Shown here: piece after piece, positions 56,383 through 64,000 of the stretch | Layout of the letters: every line of letters starts with the position of its first letter | How positions within the stretch are numbered: the first letter of the stretch is position 1 | Source of the DNA: Epithemia pelagica | Taxonomy: Eukaryota; Protista; Bacillariophyta | DNA: 64,000 nt | Direction: 5' to 3' | NCBI GenBank assembly: GCA_946965045.2 | Contig: OX337239.1 | Coordinates: 2,604,001-2,668,000 of the forward strand | The notes under the pieces: model-generated | What the model saw: the letters and a program-made list of their open reading frames with translations, nothing else | Told to the model about the DNA's origin: nothing | Database searches by the model: none | Translations under genes and position numbers: made by a program

Positions 56383-56416
56383 TTAACATTGTCATCATCA
56401 TAAAAGTCAAATTGAT

Positions 56417-56529
56417 ACTTAATGTAGACGTAAAACTAGGTGTTGATATCAAGACACAATCGTTAGTTCCGTAGGTCAATCCAGTTCGCTGTATGAACGA
56501 TGGGGCCCTCACCTTTCACACTAAACTAG
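56417..56529 (-). repeat. Copia-3 3' LTR
   Basis: 112/113 identical to 60999-61111. Confidence 0.88.
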
Positions 56530-56566
56530 TGATGAGGAAACCAATACTTCCTCCTCTTCAAGCACT

Positions 56567-57930
56567 ATGGATCAAACAGTAGAAGACTCTTCCGATTCCA
56601 TGGTAGGAGAATGCGTTGAGATCCACTATACACCTTGGACCTATAGTCCTCGTGGGGACCGATGGGGGAACCGAACCGCGCCGGCCGAGCAAACCAACAT
56701 GATCAGTTCCACGTTTTGGACCACTGGTCGGCTTCATCTCTTATTCGTCGCTCTCATGATGCTTCCACTCATCCTACCGGTGATCCTATGGACTCTTCCT
56801 ACTACTACAGTTCTTGAACGAAGCACAAGCCTTTACTACGATGGGTTAAGCTACCTCAGTAACGGCTGCAATCATCTTCTTCAAGGAACAAACGAAATGT
56901 TGAATGGACTCTCGTTTCTCCTTGCTGCTATTCTTTCCCACCCATCATGTGCTCCCACCCTTCTCATGTGTTTCTTTGTTGGATGATTAATATTGCTCTC
57001 CAACCAACCATTGGCTACAGCACACGGCCCAATGCTTTCCGTCACTGGGCCTATCCCCGTGCTCAACTACGTACCCGCGGCTCGCAATCCTTTTACTGTT
57101 TGATTGTTGTGTCGTTGTGTCGATTGTTGGATATTGCGACCTTTGGCCTCTGGTATCGTTGGGCCAATGCACGAAAAGAGGGAGGACACACGTTCAACAG
57201 GCCAGGACCACGACCATCTAGCCGCTCGTCCTTCCAAAGCCATTGTCGCCGTCATCGAAAGCACTTTCGATATCGCTTTCGTCCCATCAATCCAGCAACA
57301 CCAGATCGTGCTCAACCAAACGTCCAACCACGACGACGTCGACCCGCTGTTAAATCCAAGAAATTTGCCAAGAAACCAGAAACCAACAATGCAGCCACAC
57401 AGGTGACACCATCACCGCCACCCAATGCACGATCGGCATTCTCCCCTTGTCGTCGTACATTTCAGTCGCCTGCTCCAGAGCAGACTGCATCGATCCCGAT
57501 GAAGACTCATCGGGAACAGACCACTAAAAACCAGAAGACAAGCGATTGTTGTGTTGATGATCGCCTGGCCGCAACAGCAGACTTCATTCCACGCTTCTAC
57601 AAGGTCAAGCGCTCAGACAAGAATCAAAAAGAGAAGATTGTTGGAATGACCATCTGTGTGGCAAGCCAAAACGATCACACCACAACAACACGAGAAAGCC
57701 AATGTGAATTGAGAGGAGATGTGGCTCTCCGTGCCACCCTCCAGGCGCCCGAGAAATTCAGGAACTCAATGCCCTCGGAAGCTTCCTATCCCAACATATG
57801 GGATTCAGGAGCAAGCATCTCAATCACATACCGGCCCGAGGATTTCATCGACGCCTTGGAACCACAAGAAAAACTGAAGATTCGAGGGATTGCCAACAAA
57901 ATGAAGGTAAAAGGAAAAGGGTCATGGACG
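56567..57930 (+). pseudogene. Inverted gag-pol linker plus aspartic protease fragment of Copia-3
   Basis: Plus-strand NIWDSGASISIT..EDF..KIRGIA..KGKG (copia protease), opposite in orientation to gag; frameshift near 56960; boundaries approximate. Confidence 0.75.
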
Positions 57931-60799
57931 CCGAAGGAATGCTCCGTATAGGTGAGTTGCGAATGGGCGATGGTAATGTACCAAAGGTTTCAACACTCTC
58001 ATTCAGTTCATTGTTGTTTTCTTCTTCTCCCTCTTCCTGAATGGCTGTTGTTGCGACGGCGATTTCATTCGCAAACGCATCATTGAGGAGCTGGCTGTCT
58101 TGTGTAAAATGGCCAAGATGAGCCTCCTCCAGTTCTTTCCAAGTGTTCTCATATGCCAATTCCGCACCAACATGGAACTTGGGTTCCAAGTTGGTTAGAT
58201 TGGTGAGTTGAGCAACCGATAGTGGGTTTTCTGCATCGTCGGACTTGGGCGGGGTGACGCTTTCGATGCCAGTGGCCCGAAAGGCTTGGTAATCGTCACC
58301 AGGGTCCGTAACTGTTGTGTCGTCGTCACTCATCATCCTTGCGCTGCTTTCCTTGGTTGACTCAGAGAAGAGTCCGCTTGAGTTGGATGCTGAGCCATCA
58401 ATGGACACAAGTTCCTCGTCGTCAGTGGTGTTGCGGTGATGGGGCAAGGGAAGCATGGCTTTGAGGGCAAGCACTCCTTCCGTGATGGTGGATTCATCAT
58501 CATCCTTGTCTGCAGCTTCGACATCAGCAATTTCAGTGGCCGGTTCGTCATCGTCTTTTGTATCTGTGTTGTTTTCTTTTTCTTCATTTTTCTTTTGTTT
58601 TTTGATGTTACGATCACAGTAAACAAAGACGAAATCACGAATGTGGTCGTCCTCGGGACGAATGCTGAGTGCTTCGTCAATGTCCAATCTACCCATGGCT
58701 TCTTCCACTCCCTCACCGTAGGACACAACAACTACAATTCGCTTGTTTGGCTTGTTTTCGCGAAAGAAAATGCGAGAATGTTTGTGTTCCTTCAAGTCAT
58801 CATTGACATAGCTGTCAATGATGTCCGATAGGTCATCAAACTCACTGTCATTGTCAGCGAAGGCGCTGGAACTGTCATCATCAGCGACAAGAGCAGTCTC
58901 GTCGACGTCGTCATCATCGTCGGAGTCATCAGCCATCCTGGCCAATTTACAGTATGGTGGACAGGGGGTGGAGTCGTGGTATCGAGGGACCAATGGCGGA
59001 AGGTCCTCATATTCAGCATCGTCAGAGGTGATCGTTCCATCATCCAACAATTCACTGCTAGAAGAGTCATGGGTCTCGGCTGAGACTTCACTCTCAAGGT
59101 CCAGTTCCGCATTCCATGCGGATGCATCGAACTCCAAACAATTGGCAGTAGGGGTACGTCCCATGGGTTTCTTGTTGGATCTTCCTTTGTTCCCATTCTT
59201 GTCCTTTCGGCCATATCCAACAATATGCTGATGGGTTTTGTGGGTGGTGTTCCAACGAGCGCATTTGGCACACCAGAAATATTTAGTCCCATCAATCAAC
59301 CGTTCATCGGACGCTCCTGGTGCCGGTGGATTTTCTTCCAATTGGAAGATCGATCTGGCTGGTACTTGTTGTTCTTTTTGTTGTTGTTTCCCCCTTTGTT
59401 CCAGCTCGATTGGTCCATTTCCCTTTGTTATGTTTTGGAATGCCCGATGGTCCACCCGAGGGAGTCGGGTTGGAACCGGGTGGATGACGGAGTTGCTGGA
59501 CCAGTGCATTGATGGATGCCTGGTCCAGACGGGTTGGAACGCCAGCGGTCCGAGGGACAATGGCCTGGTTGGCGGAAAGGATGCTGGGGGCGCTTTCGAA
59601 TCGGTGAGATTTGACTTAGCTGCCCATTCTCTTTGTTTGAGGGCGACCAAGTATCGTGTGTTGGCCTCTTCTGCCACATGCGTGTACAGCAGCTTCTTGT
59701 TTGCCATGTAAGTATCCGCGATACTCTTGTCCATGAATCTAATGTGCTCAACCGCGGACTGAACTGTTTGATTGATGGTAAGCAGGGCGAACTTTGGTGT
59801 CTCTGGCCATTTAGCTTTCAAGATGTTCTTGAGGAAGCTAGCCGTGAGAGTGTGCTCGTATAGCCCGGCCGCGGACAGACATCGCGCCTTGATGGCGAAA
59901 TCCTTGGTAAGTAGCGTGATGTCGTGACCCGGATATTGTTGAGGCACAAGAGCACGCATCTCACCTTTCACAATTTCCCAGCGTTCGATGGAGTCGTCGG
60001 TGAGAATCCGAACGATCACCATGAACAACTCGGGAAAGCTCTTGACGTCGCGGCTTTGATCTTCGACGTCGCGACGGAAGCTCTTTTCTAAAGAGTCCAG
60101 AAGGTAATCACGTGAGCTTGCGTCATTGCTCTTATTGTATTTGTCGTAAAGACTCAACTGTTTTTCCATTTCTTCTTTGACTTTGACACTGGTAAACTTG
60201 GGGTGGTCGACGACGATGTGGATCATGGCCGTGGCGTCCATGGGGTCTTTAAGGTACGCAATAGTGTCCATCCCGTGCTTTTCGAGATGGCGAACAAGTT
60301 CGTCTTGGAGGCGAGAGAAATCCCCTGTTTTCTTGTCGAATTTGTCGTCGGGTCCACAGATACGCTCTGAGTAGCGCTTATCGGTAAGTGTTCGAAGCTA
60401 GAGGCTTCGTAACGGTTCTTTGGGAGCTGAGTCGTCTAACTCAGTCCATTCCACTTTCGGTTTTCCACCAGTCCAGACAACAAATTCGTTGCTCTTGGCC
60501 TGGATGATGCCACCCATCCTGGGCTTGGTCGGCATGAAAACAGCGGCGTACGTCGGATCGCGATCGGGTTCGTCGCTCATCTCGTCGTCTTCGGAAGATT
60601 CACCAATCAACTCGTCGTCGTCGGAGTCCTTTTCTTCTTCGTTACTGTTGGTGTCGTTGTCACTCAACAATTCGTCGTCGGTCCACGCGTCCGTGTCCTC
60701 GTTATCTGAACCAACAATCTCCTCTGGTGGTGGATTGTTTTCTCTGGTTCGATCTTGGTTCTCTCCTTCTTCTCCTTGTTCGATATTGGGATTTGACAC
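57931..60799 (-). pseudogene. Copia-3 gag with a premature TAG (60398-60400)
   Basis: ORFs 60398..60799 and 57845..60271 are in the same frame; WTGGKP, GMDTIAYL..P and WCAKCARWNTTHKTHQH motifs; long acidic linker; no IN, RT or RH. Confidence 0.8.
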
Positions 60800-60998
60800 C
60801 CAGTCGAAACTACCGTATCCACTCGCGGTGGGTGAAACTTCGTCCGCCGTCTTGGGCTTGTTGCTTGGGTGCCCACTGGGTCACCTCTTCTCTTTTGTCG
60901 ACTTGGTTGGACTTGCGCTTGTCCTTGAGCTCTTTCTTTTCTTCTCTCTTCGCAGTTGAAGCGTTCTTGGTCGATTAGCCGTCTTGGGCTCACTAACC

Positions 60999-61111
60999 AC
61001 TTAATGTAGACGTAAAACTAGGTGTTGATATCAAGACACAATCGTTAGTTCCGTGGGTCAATCCAGTTCGCTGTATGAACGATGGGGCCCTCACCTTTCA
61101 CACTAAACTAG
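60999..61111 (-). repeat. Copia-3 5' LTR
   Basis: Adjacent to the PBS-like motif; partner of 56417-56529. Confidence 0.88.
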
Positions 61112-61635
61112 ATTGACTCCTTTAGGACGTTGCTTACAGCTTTTCCTATTTGATAAGAAGTGAGATTAATCTACAAGTAGGTTGGTCGAAGTGATTGTTT
61201 CACTGGGACATTGCTTCAGATCGTGATCATCTTTTAGAGATGTCCCTGGCAATGTCCCTTGTTATGACCGCCTTTATGCGGTCTTTGGGTCATGTTGGAT
61301 TGTTATATAGATGGCTATGCAGTCTTAGGTTGTAGTCTTGAGGTGACCTAGACGACCTCCTTTGATAATGGACTTAAGGTCTAGGTGCCATGACTTTGGC
61401 CTAAGTAAAGTGAGACGCCTTGTGGATCGTCTGGCGATACTTACACATGAATCTTCGGCGAGTCATTCGAGAGCTGGCATAGTGCCCCCCCCCCCCCCCC
61501 CGCACGCTATTACTATTGTTTATTGTATGCAGATGGTCAGGAGGATGCAGCAGATGCTTGCTTCCTCGCGTGCAGGCGGGCCAGCTGCCTGCTTCCACGC
61601 ATGAAGGAAAACTTACCATGTAGACTTGCTATGTC

Positions 61636-62331
61636 TTAACTTTGATGAGGAATTGGGTTTAACCGATGGGGAATGAAAATCTTGCCTTGATCCAACATAT
61701 GGTGGAAGGAATTCAGTGCAGTACTAGTCATGCGCTGTCTCATATGAATAAGGGTGTCAAACTCAGAAAAGTAAACGTATTTCCATTTCTCCAGGCCATG
61801 TGTACCAAAAAACAATTCTCTCTTGAGCCGGTGCTTTTCATTATCCATATTTTGAGGAATGCCTTCAGTGTACTTCCATGGGAAGAACGTGGTGTACAGT
61901 TCCTGCAAAGTCATTCGATTTAAATTTTTCGTTAACCCCACACGACTTTGTACAAAAGCAACCTCTGTTCCAAGAACTTGAAATTCATAATGCTCTCCAT
62001 TGTTTGTGCTTGCGCCAATCTGAGTCGCCATTGTCTCAATATCCTGAAAAACACGATATAATGAAGACGTGGTGACATGCACAATGTGCATCTGTTCTCA
62101 TTTCTTTAGCAAGGCGTGACAGATGGGCCAAATGTTCAAAAGAGCATGTGTCCATAACGAATGATGGGTTACAACAACAATTCGTCCCACACCCTGACGG
62201 ATCATGGAATACATTGTAGCCGCAAGGACAACTGCCTGAAGTTTATTCGATTGATCGTTGTTGCGCATTTTCGTGTGGGGAATTAAAGCCAAGGTGTTTC
62301 TCATTGGGCTTGTATTTTTTTCCTTTAGCAT
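61636..62331 (-). pseudogene. Host-gene fragment (unknown diatom-type family) truncated by Copia-4
   Basis: Split ORFs with AATMYSMIRQGVGRIVVV, YVYFSEFDTLI and PHRLNPIPH; stops and frameshift; upstream part replaced by the LTR at 62350. Confidence 0.45.
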
Positions 62332-62349
62332 AGAGAGAAGATCCTCAGT

Positions 62350-62552
62350 TGTTTCTGATAGAATGCAGTGGGTAACGCAAACGGGAAAAGTGAAAGATTA
62401 TAAGATCTTACTGTCTATGAGATCCTCGGACGATGTCAGCCCAACTGACTTTCTTGGTTTGGGTCTTTGGTCGTGTCATTGTTGCTTTGTGACTGGTTGT
62501 GCGACCACGCCGGGCGACTTCGTCCTTGTCCATCACATTGTCAATTCCAACA
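62350..62552 (-). repeat. Putative Copia-4 3' LTR (~203 bp)
   Basis: Starts TGTTGG directly after the PPT and ends AAACA; partner LTR outside the window. Confidence 0.6.
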
Positions 62553-64000
62553 CCCCCCACTCCAGCAAGCTCGGGTACGAGAATGTCCGGGAGTTCACGG
62601 AAATGACTCACGTCACGATGTTCCTTCGTGAGCAGGTCGGCAGGATTCACGTTGCCGGGTATGTGGTAGACGGCAACTTCGCGGGCTTGGATGGCATCTC
62701 GGATGGCGACTTGGCGCATGTTCAAGTGACGGAGGCGCTTGGTGATAGCCCCTGTACCACTCCAATCAACCGACCCTTTATTGTCATTGTATAGTGGAAT
62801 GGGGTGGTGCGTATCTGTAACACCCAACTCGTTCATAAGGTAAACCAAGTGTTGCGCTTCCTTTGTCGCCAAGTCCATTGACTTGATTTCCGCTTCACAC
62901 GAGCTACGGCTACACCGTTTCTCGCGTTCCACCTTCCACCAAATCGGACCACCACTCCAGATGAGTAGGGCGCCTTGCAAGGATTTGCATTCATCGTCAC
63001 TAACGGTCCTCGTTTCCTCGCCTTCGGGGAGAGGACGGGAGGCGTCTTGGGGTCCCCAGTTTGAATCGGTATAGGTGCTACTACCGTCGTGATCGGGAGG
63101 TGGGACCTTGTTCGGCCATGAGATGTAACCGTGAATAAGATTGTCTGCTGGGTTTTCCATGAAGGCGATACCGTTTTCGGTGGTCCCGCGTAAGTACCGA
63201 AGAACGTGTTTGGCGGCCTCCATATGACCGGGACTCAGATTTGTGATATGTCGACTGAGGAGTTTATGGGCCACAGCGATATCTGGTCTAGTGCTGATGG
63301 ACAGCCACGTTAGACCCCCCATAAGGGAACGATAAGAGGATGTTAGAGGGTTGTTTTCGGCCGTCGTCGTGGCCGTAGGGATGCGATCAATGGGGAGACC
63401 AGAACGGTACGGACTGGTGGCTGGTGTACATTTGTCCATATTGAATTTGGTCAGAAGTTGCTCAGTGAAGCCGGGTTGAGAAACATGTAGGCAAAGCCCC
63501 CCACTGGCGGTACGTGTCCATTGATAGCGGCACCCCAAGAAATAGGTGACCAGTCCCATGAAATCCACGGTGAGGATCTTTCCAAGGGCGGTCTCGAACC
63601 ATTTCTCACTCTCAGCCTCGCGACTAAAATAGATAAAGTCATCCACATAGACGCCCACGTAAATAGGAGGCCCATCCTCTCGCGCCTTACCGACAAGTAC
63701 ACACGGGTCATTCGCGCAGCGTTCAAAACCCAGGTCGTTCATGAGGACTTCAACAAATTTGTCGTACCAGTGGCGAGGACTACGGCGAAGGCCGTATAGA
63801 GTCTTCTTCAATCGCCAGTATGTGCCAGGTTTGCTGAGCGGGCATCCTTTGGGTGGTTGGCAAATCACTATTTCGTCTTCGGGTAACTCAGGCTGGCAGA
63901 ATGCATTCTTGCAATCTCCTTGCTTGGCCACTCGGCCCATTGCCACAGCCATCGATAGCAGCAGCCGACAGCTGGTTGATTGTAGTACCGGTGCATAACG
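62408..64000 (-). CDS. Copia-4 RT-RNase H (partial, 5' part outside the window)
   Basis: GDCKNAFCQ, TLYGLRRSPRHW, YVDDF, RPDI, YTDSNWG, SSCEAEI, YNDNKG, NPADLLTK. Confidence 0.95.
   Translation of the reverse strand, partial: RYAPVLQSTSCRLLLSMAVAMGRVAKQGDCKNAFCQPELPEDEIVICQPPKGCPLSKPGTYWRLKKTLYGLRRSPRHWYDKFVEVLMNDLGFERCANDPCVLVGKAREDGPPIYVGVYVDDFIYFSREAESEKWFETALGKILTVDFMGLVTYFLGCRYQWTRTASGGLCLHVSQPGFTEQLLTKFNMDKCTPATSPYRSGLPIDRIPTATTTAENNPLTSSYRSLMGGLTWLSISTRPDIAVAHKLLSRHITNLSPGHMEAAKHVLRYLRGTTENGIAFMENPADNLIHGYISWPNKVPPPDHDGSSTYTDSNWGPQDASRPLPEGEETRTVSDDECKSLQGALLIWSGGPIWWKVEREKRCSRSSCEAEIKSMDLATKEAQHLVYLMNELGVTDTHHPIPLYNDNKGSVDWSGTGAITKRLRHLNMRQVAIRDAIQAREVAVYHIPGNVNPADLLTKEHRDVSHFRELPDILVPELAGVGGVGIDNVMDKDEVARRGRTTSHKATMTRPKTQTKKVSWADIVRGSHRQ

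Larger units (their letters stand above)
56416..61111 (-). mobile_element. Rearranged non-autonomous copia derivative (CoDi-I-like, ~4.7 kb; Copia-3)
   Basis: 113-bp direct repeats (56417-56529 and 60999-61111, one mismatch), probable TSD ATTGA (56411-56415 and 61112-61116), PBS-like GGTTAGTGAGCCCA (60985-60998, minus), PPT-like GAAGAGGAGGAAG (~56547-56559, minus). Confidence 0.8.
62350..64000 (-). mobile_element. 3' end of a CoDi-I-like copia element running off the window (Copia-4)
   Basis: RT-RH ORF, PPT GGAGTGGGGGG (62553-62563, minus) and putative LTR. Confidence 0.92.

Noticed and set aside
49499-56386. piggyBac element suggested by the TTAA duplication and a 13-bp terminal inverted match
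   Set aside because: The interior is an unambiguous copia with direct LTRs. The inverted match is the 7-bp LTR IR plus the palindromic target.
1-64000. Numerous short antisense or overlapping ORFs in the six-frame track; tRNA, rRNA and CRISPR features
   Set aside because: The short ORFs are shadows of real CDSs or repeats. No tRNA, rRNA or CRISPR structure was recognised by eye, and tRNAscan/Infernal were not run.

Overview
Eukaryotic, TE-dense window, about 42 kb (~65%) of it mobile elements. The host is most likely a pennate diatom, judged from CoDi-type Ty1/copia elements, an Ambal-type LINE, GT-AG introns and polyQ/S/T-rich genes. Likely intact host genes: alpha-COP (COPA, 44402-48639), a GT92/DUF23-like glycosyltransferase (19630-21456) and a large low-complexity protein (39129-43016). 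A SMARCAL1-like SNF2 helicase pseudogene is split by a full-length 9.1-kb LINE with a 19-bp TSD. Retroelements: four copia elements (one intact with identical LTRs and unusual TA...TA termini, one rearranged, two partial) and one near-intact gypsy element. The main candidate for an undescribed system is an 8,949-bp Tc1/mariner-IS630-like DNA transposon (27501-36449) with TA target duplication and imperfect ~51-bp TIRs. It encodes an intact ~1050-aa DD251E transposase, a SET-domain protein, a spliced protein with an HMGN-like RRSxRL motif, an orphan ORF, a captured host-gene fragment and a composite tandem-repeat array. All calls come from reading motifs and aligning by eye. No database searches were run, and boundaries may be off by 1-2 bp, or more where marked approximate.
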